Below are positions 1 to 12,995 of a stretch of DNA of 64,000 nt, piece by piece (positions within the stretch are counted from its first letter, which is position 1; each line of letters opens with the position of its first letter). The notes beneath the pieces were generated by a model, which was not told where the DNA came from, searched no databases, and saw nothing but the letters and a program-made list of their open reading frames with translations. Origin of the DNA: Trichosphaerium sp. ATCC 40318 (Eukaryota; Protista; Tubulinea); assembly GCA_038496445.1 (NCBI GenBank), contig JALMLS010000585.1, positions 248,001 to 312,000 of the forward strand, in the 5' to 3' direction. A program made the translations under genes and the position numbers.

Positions 1-3000
1 AAGAATTACATGGTGCCAATGAATCATATTTTCTTGGCAACAAATGAGATATTCGAGCGCTTTATGTTAGATCATAAACTAACACGTGCTGTGCGTAGTA
101 ATTTTTTGAACGAAAAAAAAGATTTTGTTTTGGACTTATTTTATTGTTTTAGGAGCTTGCTGAAAGCATTCAACGCCAAAAGATTGTTTTGAGTTTATTT
201 GGACATCCTCGTGTCATTATTGTAGCACGTACGTACCCGTAGCTTTATATGTTGATAGTGTAACCAGTGAAGTAATTACAACTTTAGGGAGTTTTATTCA
301 ATTTGTTTTTGGTCTTTATCCTGAAGATGCAGGTTTGTTTAAACTAAGTAGTACTGAAGAATCTCGCCTATACCTTATTAATAAGGTACGTTGTAAAACC
401 TATCTTTGAATATCAATAAGGTGGGTTTAACAAATGTCTCTTTAGGTTGATGCTATAAAGAACAATTCTGTTTGTATCAATGAGTTTGAAGATTCAAAAA
501 AGATTGTTAAGAAAAAGTTCAACAAGGATGTTACTACTAAGCGTATACAAGATCCTGTCCGTCTTGCTTTATTTGGTGTTCCTTCTGTTGGAAAGAGTAT
601 TATGGTTAATTCTCTTACAGAGCAGCCATTAGCTCTTAGTGACGTGAAAGAGACTACAGGAGCAACTACCGAGATTTTGTAAGTTTTAAGACCTTTTTTT
701 TTGCAGAGTTACCTCACTTGTTATTGACTTTATTAATAGATACTGTGAACCTGGAAAGTCTAGAGTAGAGGTTGAGTTCATAAAAGAAGAAGATTTTGAT
801 AATATAGTCAAACCTATCGTCCGTGAACTAAAAAAGAATCAAAGGTTTGTCGCTTTGTCTTTTTACACATTTTTTGAAGTTATTTTCTTTGTCTAACAAG
901 TGACTACACAGGATTCTAAAGAAGCTCAAGAGCTTACAAAACGGTGGAGATGTACGTCTAATTTCTACTGACGCGATTTTTTCCTTATTGTTTTTACAGA
1001 AACGAGGACGTCGTTCTGCAACTTCATCTTCTGGAAAAGACCCAGCAGAATCAGAAACTGAAACTACTACTGGAGGTGGTGATGAAACAAATGATGCTTT
1101 GGCTCAATTATCAGAAGCTGAGCGTAAGAAGCGTATTGAGTTACTTAGGGTCCATATTCGGACTCTAAAGGCAAAGCGTGAGCAGTACTTGGCAATCTAC
1201 AAGGAGTATGGTGTCCGCGCTGTACGTTATTTTCTTTTTTTTCTTTACAAAAATCATGTTTTGACAATGTTTTAGGGCTCTAAGGTGTGGAAGATTACGG
1301 ATGATAATATGGAAGAAGTACTAAAAGATGTGGATAAGTTCGTGTTGCTCGTGCAAGATAAGTACAAGGTACATTTTGTAGAAGACTTGGGAACAATTCT
1401 GTTTTGTTGGTTTATTTTTTTGCTTTGTAGTGCTTTGTTTTTAATTTGTTTCCTAGAACGCTTCACTTGCTGATATTGTAGCAAAAGTAAAGTTTCATAT
1501 TACAGACAATACTTTAAAGTATGTCACCTTCTTGGATACTCCCGGATGGAATTTTACGAGTCATGATGATGCAGAGGACTTTCGGTTACAAAGAAGTCAA
1601 ATGATTGTCAAAGAAACTGATACTTGGGTGCGCTATAACTTTTATTGAGTATTATGATAGTACTCATAAAATACGTTGTACTAATTATTACATAGCTTTA
1701 TTTGTCCCTAGCAACTCGTGTTGATGATCCAGTTGGAGAAAACATTAAACATATTCAAGAAATTAGCGGATATAGATGTCCCGGTGCTATTATTGTTACT
1801 CAGTTTGATCAGTTCCTCAGTAAGCCGGAGATTGCAAAGGTGTGTTTATCTTTCTTTGTTTTTATTGTTAAGAGGTAGTGGTTGATTTCTTTTTAGGGTT
1901 ATAAGTATTGCATGGATTCCAAGTTGAATAAAATGTCGAGATATTTTGAGTCAGGTGGACAGAGAACTTTGATTCCTGTGACTTGTTGTAAAGTCTACTG
2001 GGAGTTCTTATCTGGTTGTGGTAACTGGCAAGAATTAAGTAGATTACTTCGTTTCACAGGCCATGATGTTATATTTGCTTGTCAAGAGCAAGACATGTTA
2101 GGGTAAGTTATTCAAACAAAAATGTCTTTTTAGCGGTTTTTTTCTTTGCTTCTTTCTTGCATCTGTTTGGGCTTTTTTTGACCTATTTTTTATTTCTTGT
2201 TGTAGCAACAACAGGTGTATTATTTTTATTTGTTAGTCATGTGTTTTGTATCTTTTCTGATGTTAAATGTTAGGCGATATGTTACAAAAGGTAACGGAAG
2301 GAGAGGAAGCTTATGGCTTGAGAATATGGAAAGAGAAGAATCGAAGACTGATGCTAAGCTTCATACTATTAAGAATTATAAACCTAGTGGTTCTAAGCAA
2401 CTACAGTACTGGATTCAAGATATTGTTTCAGAAGTAACAGGAATCAACAGGTAAACTATTTTTTGAGAAGAACGACTATATTTGAATTTACTTACTCTTG
2501 TTGTACAGCCTGTACCGACGTATTTTTGAACTGTTAAGCCGTGTTATAACGAAAAGGCTTCTACGTCCTTACCAGCGCATGGATGGATGTGCGCGTGTAG
2601 CGATTCTAGCTGAATTTAACGCTTGTAACCTCACTTTAACTGAACTAAGGTACGTTGTAACAGATTTTTCATTTTTTAAATCTTACATGTATTCTAGATC
2701 GCTTGAAGAGCGACAAGATGTTGATCGTATTATATCGAAATCAGCAGCTCAAATGCAAAAGAATGATCAAGAAATCTCAGCTGTTAACAAGGAGTGGCTT
2801 AATGCCAAGTTGAGAGTACAAAACTTGCAGCAGATAATCTTGTATGAACTGCAAGAAATGATGGATACTGTCATTGATACTGCAGATTTTGCCTATCTCG
2901 TGAAGACTAGGTACGGCTCACCTTGAGTCTTTTTTAATACTGTCGTTACAAAACCGATTAAAGCGCTCTTTACAGCGCTTAGTGAGTGTTAATGAACAAT

Positions 3001-4142
3001 AACGTTCTTTGTTGTTTTGTACCATTTTCGAAGTTTTGAATTCTGACCATCTTGTAGGAAGAAAAAGACTAGTTTTGGAATCACAGAGATTATTATGGGT
3101 AGACCAGAGTCTATTTATCTTAATCATTACTTTGATGAGTTTGTACAGAACCAAGCTGTTGCTATTATCGCAAAGTATGTTTGCCTCCAGCCTGATTGTT
3201 TTAATCTATTTTTTGATATTGCTCTTATGTTAATGGTTTAATAGGCGACTCAACGAAGTGGCGTTCTATATTAGAGAGGCATTTAAAGGAACATTTGCTT
3301 CTTTATCTATCTTTGATGATAATAAATTCTTTGATAAGCGACACTGGATAGCAGAAGCAACGTTTCAATTTGTAAGTTATTAATCGTTCTGCTTTCTGCT
3401 ATTTCTTCTACTTTTTCTTACTCCTTCTTTGCAGGAACGCAAGCAACATAAAGTTGACTATCGTGGTACAATACTTAGATGGGTACAAAGAGCACGTTCA
3501 TCATGTAGAAAGCGAAGAAAATCTATTCTTCAAAGAGCATACACACATTTTAGTACTATAACAGAAGAGTACTTAGAAGATGTTGAAGACAGAGTAAACG
3601 CATTTTTTGAAGATAAAAGGGATGAACGTGGACGTATTTTAGCTTTTATAAAGGTACTGCTTAGATTTATTATCCTTTATTATCCCACCAAAATCAAAAA
3701 ATCCATGAAACAGTTTTTTTACGCAGAGAAAACTCTTACGCCTTTGATCACTAGAAATCATCATTTTTTTATGGTCCAGTAAATATACGGAAATTTTATA
3801 AACGATAAGTAGCCTAGGTTGCTGCCAATTGGAGTTGTAAAAGAAATTGCTTTTTTTTTTTTTTTTTTACCAACTTTCTTCATCTTGTGACTCATGGTTT
3901 GTTTATCTAATGCTCTTTTTTTCTTCTATTAGGAGTGTGAAAAATCTAGATCGCAAAATCCAGCAATTTCATTTGCTATGAGGACTAAGAAACTAAAGAA
4001 TGAGGTTAAAGCACAAAGACTTAAACTTGTTGAATTATCAACTGTTTATGCTGATGCTGTATTTGGTTCTTGCTTAATGCATCACCTTAAAGATATTGGA
4101 TTCTGTTTAGTACCTCTATACCCTTCAGCAAGTTCAACATGA
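1..4142 (+). CDS. Dynamin-like large GTPase (NUGGC/SLIP-GC-like), multi-exon, 5' end outside window
   Basis: GT-AG spliced reading gives G1 LFGVPSVGKS (~570-600), G2 region ETTGATTEI..VEVEFI, G3 FLDTPG (~1530) and G4-like IVTQFD (~1795), then a helical C-terminus. Stop TGA at 4140-4142. Confidence 0.75.
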
Positions 4143-4664
4143 GTAAAAGAGTACTACCGAGGATAAAAGATATCTACAGATTTTTCTGAACCTACACGTG
4201 ATTATACATTTATAATCACCTCAACAAAAAGTAAGAAAAAAAGAAGAAACCCATCTTTTAACTTGTAAGACAACATGTTAATTGTATTTACCAAGTGTAC
4301 AATAAATAAATAATAAACAAAGAAAACGCAAGTGTTCAAGTCGCAACATTGTTAGCAAGATCTACAGATGTTTCTTTGACCTCAAAAAAAAACCTGAATA
4401 ACAGGAGACGTGCTGGGAGGAAACTCACTCGGTTTAGTGACTCTAGTGTAGCCATTTGAGTGGATTAATCTACATAACACTATGCTATACTCATCGACGA
4501 TTATCTACGTATTCAATTGGTCTTATTCCTTGTTGTCGAGTAGTACCTTGGTTCCTCTGGTGTTACCCAGTAATAAACGGTTTAAACTTTAAGTCAAGGC
4601 CAACTTCCTGAGACTTCGATTAAGGTAAAAACTAATAATATCTCGTTCCCTGATACACTAACTC

Positions 4665-6796
4665 ATGAATTTTACCGGTTTTTCTGTAGAACAGGCTCTA
4701 TTATACTATCATGAGCACCACAAAGAAGTTTTCAGTAAAATTACGACAAAACAGCACGAAACACTCGTAAAACAAGTTGAAAGTATCGTAAAGGCTGTAA
4801 ACGAAAACCTCGTAAAACAACTCACCTCAGCGCTTAAAAAACACTTGGATTCTATTCCCAACATTAAAAAGAGGCGTTCGACATCACAGCCAAAGGACTT
4901 TGAGTCACGTAAACGTAAACAAAAAGAGAGGTACGTTTTCTCCACTTTGAAGCTTGTTTTACTTACTTGCTGAACAGTAGCCAATCGATACAACATGAAG
5001 AACTGAATAACATTGTTTATTTTCCTCCAGAAGTCATTTCGAATATTCTACAGCTTACAGATGCCGAGGATAGATTTTCTGTTGCTCAGTCATGTCATCT
5101 CATGGCTGATATTATTCACGGTATTGTTGGATACAAATACGTTTATCTCAAGAGATATCAAGATATTCTAAAGATTCAACAATACAAAGGCGTTATGAAC
5201 AACAGCATTATTCAGTTGGACTCAATGAGAGATAACACAATATTTTCATTACTTGCTGGTTGTCGTAATATCAAAAGATCACCAAGGAGCAAGAGAGTGA
5301 ATGATAGTGATCTCAAATTAATAAGTAGTGTTAAGCAAGTCAGTTCTATTGATATCAGCGACTGTAAACATGTTACAGATGACGGCATAAAGACATTGAA
5401 AGGTGTCCATACGATAAATCTGAGTGAGTGTAAGCAATTAGGAGATGAAGGCATCAAGGCACTAAAAGGTGTTCATACTATTGTCCTTAATCGTTGTGAT
5501 AAAGTGACTGATGAAGGTATCAAAGCATTGGCAGGAGTACATACAATTGAACTTAGTGGTTGTAAGCATATAACAGATGAAGGTATAAAAGCACTTGCTG
5601 GAGTTCACAAAATTTTCCTTAGTCGTTGTAGACTGGTGACAGACGAAGGCATAAAGGCATTGGCAGGGGTTCATACTATTGTTAGTATGCGTGGTACTTC
5701 AGTAACTGGTGAAGGTATCAAAGCACTCACGGGCATACACTCAATTAGTGTCAGAGGCTGTAAGCGAGTAACTGATGAATGTATCAAAGCTCTCAAAGGT
5801 GTTCATACGATTGATCTTAGTTTTTGTGACCAAGTATCTGATGAAGGTGTAAAAGCGCTTGCAGGCGTACACACGATTGATCTTAGTTGTTGTGAACAAG
5901 TATCTGATGAAGGTGTAAAAGCACTTACAGGTGTACACACGATTGATCTTTCAGGGTGCATGCAGGTGACGGATGAAGGCATCAAAACTTTACAAGGAGT
6001 TCATAAAATTACGCTTTGTGGGACTTCTGTGAGAGATGAAGGTATCAAGGCATTGGCAAGCGTACATACAATTGATCTTCGTAATACCCAAATAACAGAT
6101 GAAGCCATAAAAACTCTGGCTGGTGTTCATACAATTAATCTTTGTAACACCTCTGTGACAGATGAAGGCATAAAGGCATTGGCAGGGGTTCATACTATTG
6201 TTAGTATGCGTGGTACTTCAGTAACTGGTGAAGGTATCAAAGCACTCAAGGGCATACACTCAATTAATGTTCACGATTGTAAACAGATAACTGATGAATG
6301 TATCAAAGCTCTCAAAGGTGTTCATACAATTAGTCTTAGCTGTTGTGAACAAGTAACTGATGAAGGTGTTAAAGCGCTTGCAGGTGTACACACGATTGAT
6401 CTTTCAGAGTGCAGACTGGTGACAGATGAAGGTGTAAAAGCACTAAAAGGAGCTCACACAATTGATCTTCATAATTGTACCCATATAACAGATGAAGCCA
6501 TAAAAGCTCTGGCTGGTGTTCATACAATTAATCTTCGTAACACCTCAGTTACAGATGTAGGCATTGAAGCACTGGTTGGTGTGCATACAATAGGCATTTT
6601 GGGTTGTGACAGGGTAACAGATACAGGTGTCAAAGCACTCAAGAGTGTTCACAAAATTAGTATTGGTAGTTACTATGTGACAGATGAAGGTATAGAAGCA
6701 ATAGAAGTTCATACTGTAGAAGATCATTTCGAAACTCTTTCAGATGACTGTGTTGCAAGGCTTGAAGCCTTTTCGGTGAACATCCAGTATTTCTAG
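4665..6796 (+). CDS. F-box/LRR protein, copy A (2 exons; ~21 LRRs of 21-22 aa)
   Basis: Exon 1 is 4665-4930 (basic KKRR..RKRKQK). Intron 4931-4980 runs GTACGT..TAG; the acceptor is supported by the paralog. F-box FPPEVISNIL..VAQSCHLM, then repeats GVHTIxLxx(C)xxVTDEGIKALx. Confidence 0.9.
5636..6410 (+). repeat. Internal block duplication in the LRR array of copy A (offset 519 nt = 8 modules)
   Basis: 5636-5745 and 6155-6264 are nearly identical (GVHTIVSMRGTSVTGEGIKAL.GIHSI). Similarity continues into the following modules. Confidence 0.85.
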
Positions 6797-7091
6797 TTGT
6801 TATTTGATAGAATAAATTCAGATTCATTGTAAGTAAATTGCGTGTTGGATCTCAAAATAACTAGTTTGGGATTCACTGGGATTGGCTTGGAAGCAATAGT
6901 GTGCATCGCCTTTTATCATAGATACATGGATAGCATTCAATATGAGCAAACAAGCCCCATTGCTTGCAAAATAGTGCTGTGGCTATACTATCCACAAAAG
7001 CAAATAATTGATTTGCGATTTTTCATTGTGGTTTACATCTTGTTAAGTTGTGCTCTATGCCTTACTTAGCATCTAGAACTAAGCGTAGTAC

Positions 7092-9082
7092 ATGGCCATA
7101 GACGTATCTAATGAAAGTAAGCCAATTTATGAACATTATGAAGAGCTCAATCTAAGAGAGCCAGTATTGAGGTAAATATTACTACAAATACGTTAAACGC
7201 ATTAACGTGATAAAGGGGAGTATATGATTATGGCTTTGAGAAGCCTTCTAAAATACAACAGCAAGCAGTTATCCCTATATGCTCTGGTACGTGTATACTA
7301 TATCTAGGGAGTTCTATAACGTCCTTGTTTTCTTCAAACGCTCATTTCTTAGCAAAAACCTCCGATATGCGTGAACTTGTGTATTTACTTCAAACTACCC
7401 AGAAAATAGCACTTTCATCAACTTTGAGAAATTTCTAACAAACAGTGATCAGAAGAGTTTACGGTTTCAGTGAATTAGCAGATTAATTTTTGACGTTCGT
7501 TTAGGATCAGATGTCGTTATAGAACAGGATTTGTCATCTGATTCAGTTGCTGCGTATCTAATTGGTATTTTAAATAGAATCAATACTGAAAATCATCATG
7601 TTCAAGCACTAATTCTATGTCCTACTCGTGAACATGTTTATAATGTTTCACAAGTTTTTTTGATGCTTGCTAAGTACACAAACGTTAATACTACTCGTTG
7701 TATTGGAGGTGTTTCACTAAAAGGAGACATAGAGACGCTCAAAACTACAATACATGTTATTTTTGGTACACCTGGAAGGGTGAATGATCTTTCGAATAGG
7801 GTACTCAATTTGTCATAAACACTTTTGTAATTGTCACGTTTTCTACTCCCTGGATAAACATCATGGATAATGCCAGTGTTTTCAACTGTAAATACAGAGT
7901 TCAAAACATCTCTTTAAACTTCCTGTGATCCATACAAGCAACTTTTGATTTGGTCTTGATTCTTAATGTTTTTTAATTTGACTATTCCAAATGCTGATTG
8001 AATCGCATAGGGAGTCTTGGATCTCTCATATCTTAAAATTTTTTGTATTGGTTCATTGGCTAGGGTATTAGGTAATGGATATGATGCCCTTATAGATGAT
8101 ATTCACGCAAAGCATCCCCATCATACTCAGGTTATTCTAAGATTTGACAAAACATCACCAGTAGTAGAAACTGCTATTGAAAAGTACACAAGAAATGCTA
8201 TCAGATGTGGGTATTTAGCTAGTAGAGGATTGAACCTTAATGTACGTTTTGGTATCCTCACTTTTGTGTTGTAAACAATATTTCTTCTTGTTTATGTTAG
8301 ACTAACTAGACCAAAAAAGGGGATTAAGCAGTTTTATGTCAAAGTGGATGATAGACAAGAAAAGTTAAATGTTATGCTTGAAATACTGGAATCATCAGTT
8401 TCTTCTTCAGCTCAAGTTATTATATATGTTTCTGATTATAGACAAAGAAAACAGATTGCACAACAGCTTAAACAAGACTATCCGGTAATATTTAAGTCCA
8501 AAACTTTTTCTAAGCGAAATGCTTCTGTTTTACATTACTTTGTTGTGCATCGCATGTGACTGACTGAATGCTTTTATAGATTTCTTACATTGACAATAAT
8601 ATAAAAGTAAAAGAGGAGGAAAAATTAGAGCAATTAGAGGTAATAATAGTTAAAACAATCAACATAGTTTTGGTCAATTGTGACCTCTTGTGTCATTTTG
8701 CACATTAATTCAAACCATTTCAAGGCCAATGTCAGCCTTATAATTTAATGACGATTTTAATACTAGTCTACATAACATGTTATCTAACTAACTTTTGTTT
8801 GAACAGAAGTTCCAAAGAGGAAGTACACGTTTTTTGCTTTCTGATGACTACACAATGACACATAGAAAAGATGCGTCCATTGTACATTTGGTTATAAATT
8901 ATCACCTGCCCTATTCTCCTGAAAGATATATTACACGTGTTGGAAGGATTGGTCGTTATGGTAAAGTTGGGACTGTTATTAATTTTAAAGTAGGAAATGA
9001 TAACACAGTTGATAAAATAAGACAATACTATCAAACAGAAATAGCTCTTTTGGAACCAAACAAACTTTCAGACTTGTGGTAA
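7092..9082 (+). CDS. eIF4A-like DEAD-box protein with degenerate ATPase motifs (pseudo-helicase), multi-exon
   Basis: Q motif GFEKPSKIQ, QALILCPTRE, CIGG, GTPGRV, VINYHLP and YITRVGRIGRYG are collinear with eIF4A. Walker A, DEAD and SAT are replaced. Confidence 0.85.
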
Positions 9083-9607
9083 CAGCCTAATAAAATGAAT
9101 ATACTCTTGAAAAGTGTAAATTACCCAAGATATTACTGCCAGATATGTTATTTTACACCTACAGCGCCTGATAGATCAATCAAAATCAGTTATGGGTAAA
9201 CTGTTATTTTGCCATTGTTTGTTGAAATTAGGATGGATTCGGCACTTGTTCTAAAGAAACGCATACTCTGTATATTCGTCTAACAGAAGACATTGAACTA
9301 TATATATTAATAAAAATGTTGAAGCATTTAAATCTTGCAGTAGTTAGTAACTATGAGCATTTTATTATTCTTTGTAAAAAACTCTACAATATGATTGGCT
9401 TGTTGCAAATACTGCAGCATTATTCCTTTTGCATAATGCCAGTTCTGATTTCGTTTCACTAAATCTAGCTCCTAGGACTTCTCCTGAAAGCTTATGCTGA
9501 ATAGTGACAAATCTGTCTTTTGATAAAACTACAAAGCCACTTAGCAAAAAACTATAACATCCAAAAACATGACAAACTTCAAAAAGTGAAGGAAACGTTG
9601 GAGTAAA

Positions 9608-10923
9608 CTATGAAGAACAATTAAAGTGCCAAGTATTGTTGACAGCAGTCAAGATGTTCAAAAACTCCGATAATATTGTTGCCTTTGACCAACCTTTGCT
9701 CTTATGCAATAATATTCTGGTTGAGACCTTTTATATCAGGAGTACAAGAATAACTTGATTGCAGACAATAGTCAATTTTGAGGGCAGATTGTACTTACTT
9801 TCAAAGTTGTCTTTAAATCTACCTCTAAGCACTCCTCTCCATTCTTTTTTATCTTTCAACTGAACCCTTACTTTAAAGTATCCAGTATGCTCTCCATTAC
9901 ACTCATTCAATACCAGACTGAATGGCTTTTCCTGGTTTTTTCTTAGTATTGGCCGATTCTTTAAACACCAACTAATACAAACCTTTTCATATGGGTTGTC
10001 GCTTGCAAACCCTTTTATGTTGTTGAGAAAACTAAAGTCACCTTTATACCAACCAAGTTTTTCTTTGTTTCGAAATAACTCAATCTCAAGGAGTACTTGA
10101 TTTAATACACCTTTTATCGGTATTGTGATATCACAATGCTTCCAGCCTACACGAGGAAAAATAAGTTCGTAGAAAACGCCAAAGAAAATGCATTGCATCT
10201 GGGTTCAACATACAGCGCTAGTAAAAGCTATTGGTTTCAAATATGAAGCGTTCTTTAAAGGCAATATTTTCATGTTTGGATTTTCTATAGCTTGTTTCTT
10301 TTTTTGGCTTACGTATTGGGTGTAGGAAGTCTTGTTGAAATCTCGACTTTTTAGAACGAGACGGTTTCCGTGGGATATCAACTAGCGTGAAGACGCGTTT
10401 TTTACTATTTTTTGGAGTAATATGGATCTTGCACGTGTATCTAGAAGCCTCTAAACGAAACGTTAATTTGTTTTTTCCTTTTTTGTTTTCTCGTGTACCA
10501 AAGTGTTTCTCCTTCTTAGTTCCGGGTAAATTGGTCATCTGTGGCGCCTTGGTGTTGACAGGAACGAATGAAAACGTCGCTTTGTCTTTTTCAGTTCTAT
10601 AAAGCCAACGCGCTTTCACAACCGTTCCAATCATCTTAGTCCTAAAAAAAAGCGCCTTTGAAGTATTCTTAGGTCCATAACATGCTAATTAAACTTCGTA
10701 CCACCAAGTAGGACTTTAAATCATCTTGTACATTATACTGTCGCCTTAGAATAGACTCAGCATATTTATTAACAGCGCAGCGAAATCCATTACAAGTCCG
10801 TGAGAGTGGCAATACTTTTTCGATATTTGATCGACTTGTGACATGCCCTACTATTTCATATAGTATCTCAAGTGGGAAATACTGAAGTGATAAGCTGCTG
10901 GTTTGTTTGTTTGATGTACACAT
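9608..10923 (-). CDS. F-box-like protein with unknown C-terminal domain, multi-exon (boundaries approximate)
   Basis: N-terminal LQYFPLEILYEIVGHV..LSRTCNGFR is F-box-like. Downstream ORFs 10218-10634 and 9731-10198 are on the same strand with splice signals, but not every junction was resolved. Confidence 0.55.
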
Positions 10924-11402
10924 TATACAAAAAGCGTCGTATCGCATGAAACTTGCTGCTTCGTTGAAAATTAGCTTTTATTTTCCTTTTGCAGAAATTT
11001 GTATGACACATACCATACTAGCTTACCTTACACGTATTGATACTATTACACCATACCGCCGGTACAACGTTAGCATACTTGCAATGCTTCTGTAGTAGTA
11101 AGCAACTAAATAAGGAATAAAATGAGAATTAATACTGCAACAATTGTTGTGTATGAAGTCAAACTAAAGTTCATGCAAACACATTCCAATCTAATACTGT
11201 TATGTGTTGGGTAGAGTGTCTTGGAACATATGAACTCTGACTAGTATTTTGTTTGATCTCCCACACAAGTTTGCACTGCACACATTATTCACCATTTAGC
11301 GCTGAATTCACTTTACTGTTTAAGGCAACATGTAAACTTACTGTTTAAGCTCCAATACGTAATATAAGTGCATCAGACAATCATTCAGCAGTATCCAACC
11401 CC

Positions 11403-11663
11403 ATGTCATCTTCTACTGATACTCAAGTAGCGAATTTTGGCATGAGTATACCTGGTGTGCTTCTAGCAGCGGCAAGTGGATTATTAACCGGTGCTGGCTA
11501 TTGCTTACTCAGTAGCCGTTGGGCTGATGACATTACATCATCAGTAGCCTCAGAAAGGAGTAAAGCGTTTATAAGACTTGTTGTGAACTCACTTGGAGGT
11601 GGTATATTCGTTACAGGACTCTACATCATGGCACCTACTGGTTTAAGGGCATTATGGATGTAA
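11403..11663 (+). CDS. Small 86-aa membrane protein, two hydrophobic Gly-rich segments
   Basis: Intronless ATG-TAA ORF with two TM-like segments; AATAAA immediately downstream. Confidence 0.55.
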   Translation: MSSSTDTQVANFGMSIPGVLLAAASGLLTGAGYCLLSSRWADDITSSVASERSKAFIRLVVNSLGGGIFVTGLYIMAPTGLRALWM

Positions 11664-12281
11664 AATAAACAGCTCGTGTTAATAAATTGTTTATAGTCCG
11701 TTTCTACGCGTAGGTAATGTCTTATTGTCTCTTAGGCGAGGTTTTATCGTGATATAGCTAAAATGTCATTTTTTCAGTTTAAAACTCAACGCGCGATTGT
11801 TTAACGCAAACTATAGTTATTTTCTTCAACAATTTTAAGGTACACGTGCAAGTTAGAACCTCAGTTGTTCTTCAAAAGTTTTTCTTTGATATCTGTGGGT
11901 TTTCGAGTTTTAGTCAGATGTGCGAAGACCTTATTAGGAGTGAATTGCAGGTGTTCTACAGCCAAAGTTTTACTATGTGAGTGGAGCGTAATAGCTCTTT
12001 CAGTGTATACTAGTGATTCTAAAGTAAACAGCTCAGCGTATTTGCAGAATAAGTCCATCATCCATTTTTTATCAACAAAAAACAAATGACCTAACAGTTA
12101 TTGCAAACACTTGATGCTATGAATCAATAGTATACCACAGCTGCAACTCTTCGGGAACTTGAGGTGTAGTACAACATTCATTTTTCGGAGGCTTCTTTCT
12201 GTTTCTGTCGAACCTTCTAGATTTAGAATTTGCCTTATCTAAATACTAAAACAACTTTAAACTTGGCACTACAACATCTCA

Positions 12282-12707
12282 ATGCGTTCAGTTACAATTG
12301 CATTCGCTCTCATTCTTTGCTGTGGGCTTTCTCTAGTTCTTTCAAGCTCCCGTAGAGGCAGAGTACCACAGTACTGGGAAGATGCACTTGAACACAACTC
12401 CAACATTAACGCATGCACCAGAAACTGTTTTGAAGAAGAGGAATTATGCTTGGATGAAGCAAACGAAGTCCGAGTACCTTTTATCTACAAGGTGTTTGGC
12501 CGTAGTCGTGCCTTTAGACGTGATGCGATACGTGACGCGAAACAAGTATGCTCTAATGAGTCAACGAAATGCACAGTAGAGTGCACAAAGAACGATATTA
12601 GCTATAAAACCAACACTCTATTGCCCGAGATGCTAAGAAAGGCTAAAAAAGATCGTGAAGCTGCTGATGAGTGGCTCGAGAATTTCAGAAAAGAACGTAG
12701 GTACTAG
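12282..12707 (+). CDS. Secreted Cys-containing protein, 141 aa
   Basis: Signal peptide MRSVTIAFALILCCGLSLVLS, mirror-spaced CX3CX6C..CX6CX3C, and AATAAA downstream. Confidence 0.7.
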   Translation: MRSVTIAFALILCCGLSLVLSSSRRGRVPQYWEDALEHNSNINACTRNCFEEEELCLDEANEVRVPFIYKVFGRSRAFRRDAIRDAKQVCSNESTKCTVECTKNDISYKTNTLLPEMLRKAKKDREAADEWLENFRKERRY

Positions 12708-12995
12708 AAATCGGTAAAATTACAATAAACAATGTTTAAACGCGTAAGCAGAGTATATATTGTAGTTTGAACAGTTTCGAAACGGGAATTGCTATACGCT
12801 AGTCATAGCTAGTAACCTATGCCTACGCTTCATCATAGAAGTATTTAATAGGGCGTGGAGGAATTGGCTAGCGATGGTTTGCAAACAAAAATAATATGCT
12901 CATAGAGTCTTGAACGCGCTTGCTACGTAACATATTTGGTAAAGCGTCGTTAACATAGCCGTTGATGAGAAAAACAGCTTTTTATGGAATATTTT

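Noticed and set aside
5350-6720. Constant-variable periodic repeats resembling a CRISPR array or DGR target
   Set aside because: Units are in-frame 63/66-nt LRR codons with synonymous variation. No cas or reverse transcriptase gene is in the window, and I saw no evident adenine-specific variation.
5212-6727. Antisense ORFs over the LRR genes (also 55134-55881)
   Set aside because: These are shadows of the repetitive coding strand.
7288-8010. snoRNAs in the longer introns of the eIF4A-like gene
   Set aside because: No convincing C/D or H/ACA box arrangement seen.
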